Assembly: GCA_951406725.2 (NCBI GenBank)
Contig: OX597814.1
Location: 217,434,001 to 217,498,000 of the forward strand
Reading direction: 5' to 3'
Length of the DNA: 64,000 nucleotides
Source of the DNA: Octopus vulgaris
Taxonomy: Eukaryota
The translations under genes were made by a program, and so were the position numbers. Shown piece after piece: positions 1 through 12,346 of the stretch. Under the pieces are notes generated by a model, which worked only from the letters and a program-made list of their open reading frames with translations, was not told where the DNA came from and did no database searches. How positions within the stretch are numbered: position 1 is the stretch's first letter; each line of letters starts with the position of its first letter.

Positions 1-136
1 GAGACTTCGCCTTGCAATGCCTGTGGTGTAACAGGATAATAAAACGACTTGACCCCGTTCCTGTCGTGACTATCAACACTGAATGATTCAACATTGAAAT
101 GGATTCATGTGATTTGATGTTGACGATGACGTCATC

Positions 137-260
137 GTTGTTGTTGTTGTTGTTGTTGCTGCTGTTGCTGCTGCGGCTGCTGCTGCGGCTGCTGCTGCGG
201 CTGCTGCTGCGGCTGCTGCTGCGGCTGCTGCTTCTCTTGTTGTCGTCGTTGTTGTTGCTG
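137..260. repeat. (TTG)n/(CTG)n/(CTGCTGCTGCGG)n microsatellite
   Basis: Directly visible; explains the poly-Leu ORF 99-287. Confidence 0.95.
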
Positions 261-579
261 TTTAATGTTTCCTTATCGCATTGTTGATTGTATATCTTAC
301 TTTAATAGTTAGGGTGTAGCAATTATTGTAAATAATACGACATGAAACCGGGCGTGCTTACACATTATTCAGAAGGTAAACTCGGACAACGTTTTACAAA
401 TTGAATGTTATGTTGCTAATTTAAAGAACAGTAATTTGTATTTATAAATAGTTATGAAATCGAAAACTCGTATAACATACCCAAAATAAGTGTCCTCCCC
501 ACCGGTAAAATAGCGCTTGTTAGGAGTGAATGGATTTGGTGTTTGCAATGAAGAATGATATCGTCGTCGTCATGTACCT

Positions 580-696
580 ATTTCTTTACTACCCACAAGG
601 GGCTAAACACACAGAGGGACAAACAAGGACAGAAAAAACGGATTAAGTCGATTATATCGACCCCAGTGCGTAACTGGTACTTAGTTTATCGACCCC
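580..696 (-). mobile_element. SINE family D, 3' part
   Basis: Reverse complement of the 3' half of the full copy at 43130-43360 (TTTAGCCCCTTGTGGGTAGTAAAGAAATA tail). Confidence 0.85.
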
Positions 697-1282
697 GTAC
701 CGCACGCTATTACAACGCGTTGATGACGCTGCTTGAGGGGCACGTGCCCTCCTCAAGAAAAGAAGTGCGCCCTTCTAAATAATGTTATTATGCCCTTTTT
801 TCCTGGAATTGAATTCCCTTCTGACCTTGAGCCCTTCCTTCGAAAAATTCTTGGGCCCACGCTTGCCAATGAAGGGCGTCTTCTCACATTGAATGAAGCG
901 TTACTTCGCTCTTACTTACAGTGTTTTCTTGGCAAAGATATTGGGGGTGGTTATCCATTGACTTACCCAACTAGATGGCCGTTGACCCACAAGGAGCTCA
1001 TCTCCTCTTCGGCAGGTCTTGCTTTTAGTCCTCTTGGGTGTCCAGACATCCTCCTCACAAGAGTAGCAAGCTTCTCATGGTAGATGGGAAGCCAGTTTAG
1101 GCGCCGGCCACCCGACCATGTAACGGGTGGTTCATGGTATCTGTAGCAGGTCTCATCAGCCTTTGGTATCCTTGACCTGACCATAAAAAAATGTACCATG
1201 TTTCATTATTGTAATAGAATGGTTTCTTAGATTCAGCGCATTATGTTTTTGGTATGTAGAATATGTAGTTTAATATCAGTAG

Positions 1283-1460
1283 TTTATTTAGCCCCGAGTT
1301 GACTCTGATCCTGCAGACCTATGATTAAAAGCATCCCAGCAATGCTTATCCAATCTTATTTATCAAGGATTACATTTAATTTGACTACATGTGATTTGAG
1401 AGTGATTTTGCTGCTATTTTTAGCAGATATAGTGACCACATAGAGACCCTTTCGTTGGAT
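1283..1460 (+). mobile_element. Old degenerate interspersed repeat (family X)
   Basis: Motifs TTTAGCCCC..CTGATC..CAGACCTATGAT and GATTT(G)GCTGCTATTT..AGCAG recur at about 17320-17510(-), 34850-35050(-), 36250-36430, 37280-37470, 41710-42340 (split by a MITE), 45505-45690 and 62045-62165. Confidence 0.6.
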
Positions 1461-1604
1461 CGCGTAGAATTTTTAATTTACATCATTGGTATACTACTAA
1501 AATCAGTCCGTACTTTGTTCAGAATAGTCCCAGCGACTCCATTATATCACAACAGGTTACTGATAAGCTGAATTCGAGATGAACTCTTCAACCTGGCTAC
1601 AAAA

Positions 1605-1782
1605 TACGTACGCACGCACGCACACACACACATATACATACATACATACATACATACATACATACATACATACATACATACATACATACATACATACATA
1701 CATACATACATACATACATACATACATACATACGTACATACATAATACATGCATACATACATACATATATACACATGCACAC
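1605..1782. repeat. (CATA)n microsatellite
   Basis: Directly visible. Confidence 0.97.
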
Positions 1783-1807
1783 AGTTATTATATCTCTAAA
1801 AATGTTG

Positions 1808-2160
1808 AAGGCGTGTGAAGGCGCATGGCTCAGTGGTTAGAGCGTCGAGCTAACGATCGTGAGGTTGTGAGCTCGAATCCCGGACCGGGCTGCGAGTTGT
1901 GTTCTTGAGCAAGACACTTTATTTCATGTTGCTCCAGTTCACTCAGCTGTAGAAATGAGTTGCGACGTCACAGGTGCCAAGCTGTATCGGCCCCTTTGCC
2001 TTTCCCATGGATAACATTTGTGGCAAAAAGAGGGGAGGCTGGTATGCATGAGTGACTGCTGGCCTCCCACAAACAACCTTGCCCGGACTTGTGACTAGGA
2101 GGGTAACTTTCTAGGTGCAATCCCATGGTCATTCATGACCAAAAGGGGTCTTTACCCTTT
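1808..2160 (+). mobile_element. tRNA-derived SINE family C, full length
   Basis: A box TGGCTCAGTGG, B box G(C)TCGAATCC, central GTGTTCTTGAGCAAGACACTT block; 11-bp TSD TAAAAATGTTG at 1797-1807 and 2161-2171. Confidence 0.9.
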
Positions 2161-3004
2161 TAAAAATGTTGTTCATGGCCTGTTTATCAGAGGTGATGCA
2201 GAGGGAAACTAAGGAAATGAGTATTGGATTATAAGAGCAGGTTGGTGGGTACAGCAATTAACAGAAAACAACAGGAGAAGGTTTTACACTTTGCAGTTAG
2301 ATCTAATTTAGAACGAACTTGATTATGGCGATATATATATCGATAAAAGCTTAGCTGCCAATCGTATTTTCTCGTTACCTGACTACTGTATGAACTTTTT
2401 GTTGACAATGATGAGGAGAATAGTAACAGATTTATCATCATTGCAGCAACAAAATTCCCTCAAGAATCAGAAGATATCTTAATGGGTCAAATTTAAAGCC
2501 AGGGCAACAGCAAAAATAAACATACTTAAGGTTACCTAGCAACTACAATAAACAATAACGAAGGTATGCCCTTGCGTGATTAATACTTCAGTGGACCGTG
2601 TGATTTACTTATCGATAACAATAAAACTGCTCGAATTTGAACAAATGAAAGTAAGCAGTAAATTCCAATAAGGTATACGCAGAAATGATTATCTTACCTC
2701 TACACTTTATCCTTACCGTATATACAGATAATAAATGTCACCTATGTCGCCTACATGGCTAGTGTAGGGGGTGGGGGTCGATTGCTTCGAACAAACTCAA
2801 GCCACATATACGTATATACATTTATAGATAATATGATATATACATGTCATGCATACAAACGCAAGTTTGACAGTTAAAAGCGGAACTTATTTCATAATAG
2901 GAATCCCCGCCACCCGATCAATACCCGGTCAATACCCGCTCATGTATGTGACATATTTTCTGAAATAATGCGCAATACATTGGTATGCTACTAAAATCAG
3001 TCAG

Positions 3005-3150
3005 TACCAAAAACTGAGCAAATATAAAGATCTTGAAATAGAAATCAGCAAAATGTGGAAGCTTTTGTTGTCATAGGTGTATTAAAGGGACTGATTGCTA
3101 TAACTCACTAGTACAACTGCTCATATCAAAAATCCCAAGTTTTAAAACAA
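3005..3150 (+). pseudogene. R4/Dong-type non-LTR retrotransposon, RLE C-terminus remnant
   Basis: Translates YQKLSKYKDLEIEISKMWKL..VVIG..KGTDCY..LTSTTAHI, the typical R4-clade C-terminal pattern, broken by several small deletions. Confidence 0.75.
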
Positions 3151-5586
3151 AAGTTTTTTTTTATGTATTAGACATTCACTAGTACAACACAAAAAGTTGT
3201 TTTTTTTTATGTATTAGACATTCACTAGTACAACACAAAAAGTTGTTTTTTTTATGTATTAGACATTCACTAGTACAACACAAAAAGTTGTTTTTTTATG
3301 TATTAGACATTCACTAGTACAACACAAAAAGTTGTTTTTTTTATGTATTAGACATTCACTAGTACAACACAAAAAGTTGTTTTTTTATGTATTAGACATT
3401 CACTAGTACAACACAAAAAGTTGTTTTTTTTATGTATTAGACATTCACTAGTACAACACAAAAAGTTGTTTTTTTATGTATTAGACATTCACTAGTACAA
3501 CACAAAAGTTGTTTTTTTTATGTATTAGACATTCACTAGTACAACACAAAAAGTTGTTTTTTTATGTATTAGACATTCACTAGTACAACACAAAAAGTTG
3601 TTTTTTTTATGTATTAGACATTCACTAGTACAACACAAAAAGTTGTTTTTTTATGTATTAGACATTCACTAGTACAACACAAAAAGTTGTTTTTTTTATG
3701 TATTAGACATTCACTAGTACAACACAAAAAGTTGTTTTTTTATGTATTAGACATTCACTAGTACAACACAAAAAGTTGTTTTTTTTATGTAGATTAGACA
3801 TTCACTAGTACAACACAAAAAGTTGTTTTTTTATGTATTAGACATTCACTAGTACAACACAAAAAGTTGTTTTTTTATGTATTAGACATTCACTAGTACA
3901 ACACAAAAAGTTGTTTTTTTATGTATTAGACATTCACTAGTACAACACAAAAAGTTGTTTTTTTATGTATTAGACATTCACTAGTACAACACAAAAAGTT
4001 GTTTTTTTATGTATTAGACATTCACTAGTACAACACAAAAAGTTGTTTTTTTTATGTATTAGACATTCACTAGTACAACACAAAAAGTTGTTTTTTTATG
4101 TATTAGACATTCACTAGTACAACACAAAAAGTCGTTTTTTTTATGTATTAGACATTCACTAGTACAACACAAAAAGTTGTTTTTTTATGTATTAGACATT
4201 CACTAGTACAACACAAAAAGTTGTTTTTTTTATGTATTAGACATTCACTAGTACAACACAAAAAGTTGTTTTTTTTATGTATTAGACATTCACTAGTACA
4301 ACACAAAAAGTTGTTTTTTTATGTATTAGACATTCACTAGTACAACACAAAAAGTTGTTTTTTTTATGTATTAGACATTCACTAGTACAACACAAAAAGT
4401 CGTTTTTTTATGTATTAGACATTCACTAGTACAACACAAAAAGTTGTTTTTTTATGTATTAGACATTCACTAGTACAACACAAAAAGTTGTTTTTTTATG
4501 TATTAGACATTCACTAGTACAACACAAAAAGTCGTTTTTTTTATGTATTAGACATTCACTAGTACAACACAAAAAGTTGTTTTTTTTATGTATTAGACAT
4601 TCACTAGTACAACACAAAAAGTCGTTTTTTTTATGTATTAGACATTCACTAGTACAACACAAAAAGTTGTTTTTTTATGTATTAGACATTCACTAGTACA
4701 ACACAAAAAGTTGTTTTTTTTATGTATTAGACATTCACTAGTACAACACAAAAAGTTCGTTTTTTTTATGTATTAGACATTCACTAGTACAACACAAAAA
4801 GTTGTTTTTTTTATGTATTAGACATTCACTAGTAAAACACAAAAAGTTGTTTTTTTTATGTATTAGACATTCACTAGTACAACACAAAAAGTTGTTTTTT
4901 TATGTATTAGACATTCACTAGTACAACACAAAAAGTTGTTTTTTTTATGTATTAGACATTCACTAGTACAACACAAAAAGTTGTTTTTTTTATGTATTAG
5001 ACATTCACTAGTACAACACAAAAAGTTGTTTTTTTATGTATTAGACATTCACTAGTACAACACAAAAAGTTGTTTTTTTTATGTATTAGACATTCACTAG
5101 TACAACACAAAAAGTTGTTTTTTTTATGTATTAGACATTCACTAGTACAACACAAAAAGTTGTTTTTTTTATGTATTAGACATTCACTAGTACAACACAA
5201 AAAGTTGTTTTTTTTATGTATTAGACATTCACTAGTACAACACAAAAAGTTGTTTTTTTATGTATTAGACATTCACTAGTACAACACAAAAAGTTGTTTT
5301 TTTATGTATTAGACATTCACTAGTACAACACAAAAAGTTGTTTTTATGTTTTTTTATGTATTAGACATTCACTAGTACAACACAAAAAGTTGTTTTTTTT
5401 ATGTATTAGACATTCACTAGTACAACACAAAAAGTTGTTTTTTTTATGTATTAGACATTCACTAGTACAACACAGAAAGTCGTTTTTTTTATGTATTAGA
5501 CATTCACTAGTACAACACAAAAAGTTGTTTTTTTTATGTATTAGACATTCACTAGTACAACACAAAAAGTTGTTTTTTTATGTATT
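3147..5586. repeat. 44-45-bp tandem satellite, about 54 copies, truncated by a gap
   Basis: Unit AAAAAGTTG(T)7-8ATGTATTAGACATTCACTAGTACAACAC; variation is mainly T-run length and a GTTG/GTCG variant. Confidence 0.98.
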
Positions 5587-5686
5587 NNNNNNNNNNNNNN
5601 NNNNNNNNNNNNNNNNNNNNNNNNNNNNNNNNNNNNNNNNNNNNNNNNNNNNNNNNNNNNNNNNNNNNNNNNNNNNNNNNNNNNNN
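5587..5686. other. Assembly gap (100 N)
   Basis: Run of exactly 100 N, probably a placeholder of unknown true size. Confidence 0.99.
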
Positions 5687-5841
5687 ACAGTTTAAGATTA
5701 ATGAGGTTAGTATGGATTTTAAATTCTTCTGCGTAGGGGGAAGAAACCTTGACCTGTTTTCCAGCAAGAAAATATCTCACTAAGTTTTCACAAAATATTC
5801 TATTGTAGTGTATATCTAAGCAAGGAAATACAAACGCGTGC

Positions 5842-5937
5842 GTATGTATGTATGTATGTATGTATGTATGTATGTATGTATGTATGTATGTATGTATGTA
5901 TGTATGTATGTACATATGTTTGTATGTATGTATGTAC

Positions 5938-5968
<31 letters not shown>

Positions 5969-6069
5969 TGTATGTATGTATGTATGTATGGATGGATGGA
6001 TGGATGTTTTTATGCATGTATGTATGTATGTATGTATGTATGCATGTATGTACGTACGTACGTACGTAC

Positions 6070-6101
<32 letters not shown>

Positions 6102-6270
6102 ATGTATGTATGTGTGTATGTATGTATGTATGTACGTACGTAGTGTATGTATGTGTATATAGTATTGTAGTGTATATCTAAACAAACGCGTGCGCACACA
6201 CATACAGTCACTCTCACATACACACACATATATGCATTATGTATATGCATGTATACATATACATACATAT

Positions 6271-6320
<50 letters not shown>
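5842..6320. repeat. Compound (TATG)n/(TG)n/(TA)n microsatellite
   Basis: Directly visible. Confidence 0.95.
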
Positions 6321-6324
<4 letters not shown>

Positions 6325-6651
6325 AGGCGCATGCTCAGTAGTTAGAGCGTCGAGCTTACGATCGTGAGGTTGTGAGTTCGAATCCCTGACCGGGCTGCGT
6401 GTTGTGTTCTTGAGCAAGACACTTTATTTCATGTTGCTTCAGTTCACTCAGCTGTAGAAATGAGTTGCGACGTCACAGGTGCCAAGCTGTATCGGCCCCT
6501 TTGCCTTTCCCTTGGATAACATCGGTGGCATGAAGAGGGAAGACTGGTATGCATGTCCGACTGCTGGTCTTCCATTAACAACCGTGTCCGAACTTGTGCC
6601 TGGGAGGATAACATTCTAGGTGCAATCCCACGGTCAGTCATGACCGAAGGG

Positions 6652-6655
<4 letters not shown>
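6321..6655 (+). mobile_element. tRNA-derived SINE family C
   Basis: Co-linear with 1808-2160; B box GTTCGAATCC. Confidence 0.9.
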
Positions 6656-6714
<59 letters not shown>

Positions 6715-6715
6715 A

Positions 6716-6755
<40 letters not shown>

Positions 6756-6835
6756 AACATAAAATATACAGACCAGCGATTCTTTTTAGAAATTTTTTAG
6801 AGAGACAGACAGACAGACAGAGACAGAGGGGGAGG

Positions 6836-6924
<89 letters not shown>

Positions 6925-7559
6925 TACACACGCACACGCAAGGTTTCTTTGAATTTCTGTCTATCAAATCCACTTCAAGCTGAATTAACACTTTATTGTC
7001 CCCCACTCAGTCCCCTCTCATATCTGCCATTGTCCCCCCCTCCACCTTAGTCCATTATTCTCTATATCCATATTTTCGTACTTCTCATCTCCTCTGTCAC
7101 TGTGCAAGCCTCTCTCATGCCCACCCCCACACTCTTCACACCATCTCCCCATTTCTCTTCTATGCATGTTCATATTGTACCGTTGTTCGCCACCATCACC
7201 CCTTTTAAATACTGCCGCTTACTACCTCCTTCTCACTGACCGACACCTATTCCCCCCCCTCCAAAAAAAATTGATATTCTCCCCTGACAACGCTCCCTGT
7301 TCTTCATTTACCTCCATTACAACCCCTAATTACTTGTCACTCTCCTTTCACATTCTACCGATATTCCCAAAAACCCTTCTCGATCTTCTGCCCCATTTCT
7401 CTTGCGCTTTGAGGCTATGCATTGACCCCTCATTTCCACCCTCTTTTCCAGCTGAGTGAGTCATGCTTCTCCTCTACAGCAACACGAATGTCTTCGGCCC
7501 CTCTATCATACTTTAGCCTTTCAATACCTAACGCGAAGCCATTTCTCTAACCCCACTCA

Positions 7560-7777
7560 TTCGGGGTGCTTTTCTTGCGATCTACTTGGTGACACCACCA
7601 GTACCAGTGCCACTAAAAAGTTCTCAATACACTCTCTAAAATGGTTATTCTTAGAAAGAGCATCCAGTCAGAGAAATCATGCCAAATCAGACATTGGAGC
7701 TCGACGTAGATCTCCAGCGCGTCAGATCCTGTCCAACTGTCCAACCCATGCCATCATTGAAGACCGATGATGATGAT
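7560..7777 (+). mobile_element. SINE family E 3' half (degenerate), (GAT)n tail
   Basis: GCATCCAG..AGAAA..TGCCA and GTCCAACCCATGCCA..GATGATGAT match the reverse complement of 56748-56927. Confidence 0.7.
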
Positions 7778-7842
7778 ATGTGTGCATGTGTGTATGCGTT
7801 TGTGTGTGTGTATGTATGTATACATGTATGTATACATGTATG

Positions 7843-7938
<96 letters not shown>

Positions 7939-7944
7939 TGTATG

Positions 7945-8027
<83 letters not shown>

Positions 8028-8033
8028 TTAAGC

Positions 8034-8076
<43 letters not shown>

Positions 8077-8105
8077 TTTATGCATTATGTATTTATGTAT
8101 GTATG

Positions 8106-8976
8106 CCTGGACAAGACTGTTGTAATGTTCCAGCCTGCACCAGGAAATCCATATATGGAACCAGCTATCTTGGTTGAAGGAACGATTCTGAAGGTAGTAG
8201 ACAAGTTTGTCTACCTGGGCAGCACACTCAGCCGTTCTTGCTCCCTGGATGAGGAAATATCTTCCAGATTGCAGAGAGCAACTAATTCCTTCCGGTCTCT
8301 TCAGTCTCGTGTCTGGTCCCAACATCGCTCCTCTGCTCGTGTGAGACATGGACTCTGTACAAACGTCAGGTAAGGGTCCTTGGACGCTTTCATCAGAGAT
8401 GTCTCAGACACATTCTCAATGTTAGCTGGACCTCAAAACTTCCAGACACACAGGTCCTGAAGACAGCTGATATCGTCAGTATTGGAGCGATGGTGCACAA
8501 GCACCGGTTACGTTGGACTGGACACCTTATTAGAATGAAGGATAGCAGGATTCCTAAGCAGATGCTCTATGGAGAACTTTTGAATGGAAGGAGACTCCGG
8601 CAGAAACCAAGGCTGCGATTTAAGGACTGTGTCAAGTCCTCATTAAAGGACTGTGATATGCAGGACACTGACTGGGAGAACAATGCCTGTCATCGCCACA
8701 GATGGAGGAAGCAGGTTAAGGAGGGGATGGACACTTTTGAGAGAGCACGTATCCAGCATGAAGAACTTAAGCGAGCTGCACGAAAGCGCACGGCTCGTAT
8801 AGTGAATGGGGAAAGCTTGGTCTGCAATGTTTGCAGTCGTGTATGCTTGTCAAGAGCAGGGCTCATTAGCCACCAACGGAGCCGCAAATGCAAAATATAA
8901 GTTAGTCCTAGAGCGCACAATGTTCCTGAAGGTCGGCAATGGTCTTCCTCGGTCACGAGTGGACAGCCATCATCAT
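8106..8976 (+). mobile_element. RTE-clade LINE, 5'-truncated; RT thumb, C-terminus with C2H2-like finger, and 3' UTR
   Basis: [75 protein letters not shown]; frameshifting deletion near 8327; (CAT)n tail; embedded in (TATG)n. Confidence 0.93.
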
Positions 8977-10416
8977 GTATGTATGTATGTATGTATGTAT
9001 GTATGTATGTTTTTGTGTTTCTATGTATGTATATAAGGAAGAAGTTCAAATGAAGAGAGACTGTAGCAATAGCAGTAATAGAGTCAGCGAGTAGACAACA
9101 TTCGACGTCGTACCAAAGGTTACAAACTATTGATAAGAAAATACATGATTGATTGTTTCATTGATTATTCTTTGTATGGGCGTATCTGTATTTTCCGCAG
9201 ATAAGTAACGCGGACATTATGATAGGAAGAACACATACTTTATCTGTATATAGTAACTGTAATTGTTGAAATGTTTCGTGCATTCTGGCCTTCACTCACG
9301 ATATAATCTTTTGTACTTGTGGTTGCAATGAATAATTATAAGTGAAATGTATAGTCATTATTTATGCGTGAGCTGGACTATGAATAGTGAACAGGAAAGG
9401 TGATCGTAGATATGTTTACATGAGATATGCAGGGTATGTTGTTTTTGTAGCTTAATCTCTAGCTTTTTCTCCGGTCAAACCCGCATATGATTGACGGCCT
9501 TCCAGCTATGACAATCTTGTTTTATTTTCAGTATATTTCGGAACGTTATCCAGTTGGTCATACTTCGCTTGCCTGGGACTAAGATCTTTTCATGTTTATT
9601 ACAATACGTTTTCGAAAATGCTGTTCATGAAAGGTTCTTAAAAGACGAGTATCCATCCATCTATTTCCTCCGCCCACTATTCCAGAGAGGACCATAGAGA
9701 TGGAGTCCTCAGGCACTTCCTCCGTCGGGTCCTATCAGAAGTATCCGTCATTAGACTTTCAGGTTGAATTTCCAGAGACGAACACGCTAGGTAAAAAATT
9801 ATTGAAGCTGCTCGTAGACGAAGCCTGCCCGCCGATAGTAAAGAAGACGTGTTTCGTGAGGGATAATTTGTGTCGGTTTGTGTGGGTGGCTATGTTTGTT
9901 TGTGTCAGCTGTGGTATAAATAGGTACTTGGACTGATAAAATGAGGGTCGAAAGAAGTTCTGTCAAAACTCATTGCGATAAAGTAACTCTGATCTAAGCG
10001 ACGAGAAATAATCTAGATTATAAAACGGTCACTTTTACAAATGTTTTTTTTCAAACCTGACACGATTTTAAATTTAACTAATACAGAAAGAGTAAACTTT
10101 GCTTTCTCTGAAGCTCTCAAGAATAAACAAACAAAGAAATTTCCTGCATGGTGAACGGGAGGTGTGAAGACGATGTGTTTCCACAGAAAATTAGTAAGTC
10201 AGCTTGTTTAGACGTCACTCACAAGTGAATGGTGACCTAATAGTGTGAATCATGTTATCGCTAATGTTTTAGGTGCCTATGTAGTTGCAAACGGACATAA
10301 AAACTCCCTCGCCCCCCCCCCAACTTAACCAAGCAGAACATCGAGGATTTGACATCCAAGAGAAAGAGAGGGGCTGTACCAGAACAAGAGTAAGACTCAT
10401 TTTCAGGAGATTACAC

Positions 10417-10742
10417 TGAAGACGCGTGGTTTAGTGGTTAAGGGTATTCGCCTCTACTACGATGGTAAGGTTGTGAGTTCGATTCCTAGTGTCGCGTTGT
10501 GTCCTTCAGTAAGACACTTCATTTCTCGTTACCCCAGTTCACTCAGCAATCAAAAATGAGTTGTACCTGTACTTCAAAGGGCCAGCCTTATCACATTCTG
10601 TGTCACGTTGAATTTTTCTGAGAACTACGTTAAAAGTACGCGTGTCTGTGGACTGTTTAACTACTTGCATGTTAATTTCACGAGCAGGCTGTTCTGTTGA
10701 TCGGATCAACTTGAACACTGGTCGTCGTAACCGACGGAGTAC
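10417..10742 (+). mobile_element. Older tRNA-derived SINE with C-like head and B-like 3' half
   Basis: TGGTTTAGTGG and GTTCGATTCC boxes; CCAGTTCACTCAGC block shared with family C; GAGAACTACGTTAA..GTCGTAACCGACGGAGT shared with family B. Confidence 0.8.
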
Positions 10743-11288
10743 TAGTTAGACTGAAGCAAGATGAAATGAAGTGTCTTACCTTAAAATACAACATCCCGCT
10801 CATCCTAAGAATCAAACTCACAATCTTAGGATTGTGAAACCAACACCCTAACCATTAGGCCATTCGCCTTCAGCATTTACAAAACAGGGTTTTAAAAAAG
10901 GGTGTGGAGGGAATTGTGAAGTTAAAAGCATATGAGTCTTTGGTTCAAATCTAATATGGCATTTCTTTGTATTTTTCGACATGGCATTTTATAGTTGGTG
11001 GGTAGCGTATGAAATAATTCAAATATATTTTTGATCGACCAATTTGATTGTAGCTTATCAATCACAGTAATCGAACTTATTATACCTAGTGAGAGAAAAC
11101 AATGCTATAATTCGTAAATTTATTTATGCAATTTTGGAAAATAATAAACAATGGTTTGCGTGGTCATGATTGGAACGCTGGTCGATAAAAGTTAACAACA
11201 ACAACTGGGGAATAGGACTGACAGATAACAAATATTCTTCTTTCTTTTGTGAATTTTGTAGTATTGCCGATTTTAAAAGATAACTTTT

Positions 11289-11444
11289 GTGGCTGTGTGG
11301 TAAGTAGCTTGCTAACCAACCACATGGTTCCGGGTTCAGTCCCACTGCGTGGCATCTTGGGCAAGTGTCTTCTGCTATAGCCTCGGGCCGACCAAAGCCT
11401 TGTGAGTGGATTTGGTAGACGGAAACTGAAAGAAGCCTGTCGTA

Positions 11445-11537
<93 letters not shown>

Positions 11538-11744
11538 GTGTGCATATGTTTGTGTGTCTGTGTTTGTCCCCTAGCATTGCTTGACAACCGATCACTTAGC
11601 GGTTCGGCAAAAGAGACCGATAGAATAAGTAACTGGGCTTACAAAGAATAAGTCCCGGGGTCGATTTGCTCGACTAAAGGCGGTGCTCCAGCATGGCCGC
11701 AGTCAAATGACTGAAACAAGTAAAAGAGTAAAAGAGTAAAAGAG
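11289..11744 (+). mobile_element. SINE family A with internal (TA)n(TG)n and (GTAAAAGA)n tail
   Basis: Near-identical to 18627-19040, 31091-31504, 44497-44899 and 52994-53435. Confidence 0.92.
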
Positions 11745-11964
11745 ATATCCCTACGGAAGAAAATACTCTCTGGTACACTTCAAATATTTATTTACAACCT
11801 AAAGATAACTAAGTTCGTATGTCGTGTCAGGATTTAACCATCCAACATACAACAAGCAAACAGCATTATTGAAGGAAAGCATGACTCGACTGTATTGTTT
11901 CTTGAAATCGTTTATTTCCATGAAATTAATCAATTCCGTCTTAACCTAGCTTTGAATTTCAATG

Positions 11965-12346
11965 TGGAGGCGCAATGGCCCAGTGGTTAGGGCAGCGGAC
12001 TCGCGGTCATAGGATCGCAGTTTCGATTCCCAGACCGGGCATTGTGAGTGTTTATTGAGCGAAAACACCTAAAGCTTCACAAGGCTCCTGCAGGGTGTGG
12101 TGGTGAACCCTGCTGTACTCTTTCACCACAACTTTCTCTCACTCTTTCTTCCTGTTTCTGTTGTACCTGTATTTCAAAGGGGACAGCCTTGTCACACTCT
12201 GTGTCACGCTGAATCTCCTCGAGAACTACGTTAAGGGTACACGTGTCTGTGGAATGCTCAGCCACTTGCATGTTAATTCCACGAGCAAGCTGTTCCGTTG
12301 ATCGTATCAGCTGGGACCCTCATCGTCGTAACCGACGGAGTGCTCC
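11965..12346 (+). mobile_element. tRNA-derived SINE family B, full length
   Basis: A box TGGCCCAGTGG, B box GTTTCGATTCC; TSD TGAATTTCAAT at 11953-11963 and 12352-12362. Confidence 0.92.

Noticed and set aside
733-1083. 116-aa ORF
   Set aside because: Non-ATG start, no recognisable motif, no supporting exon structure.
1808-1890. tRNA gene (also 6321, 11965, 32264, 45757)
   Set aside because: A/B boxes are present but each continues into a SINE body, usually with a TSD; these are SINE heads.
3147-5586. CRISPR-like array (GTTGT...ACAAC, 37-38 bp, with hairpin)
   Set aside because: The intervening sequence is the invariant ACAAAAA; there are no unique spacers and no cas genes. It is a tandem satellite.
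4459-5695. Cys-rich repeat ORFs (CCTSECLIHKKNNFL)n
   Set aside because: Translations of the satellite; frames break with T-run length.
9700-9936. 78-aa ORF MESSGTSS...
   Set aside because: No recognisable homology; the 3' half resembles a decayed SINE A.
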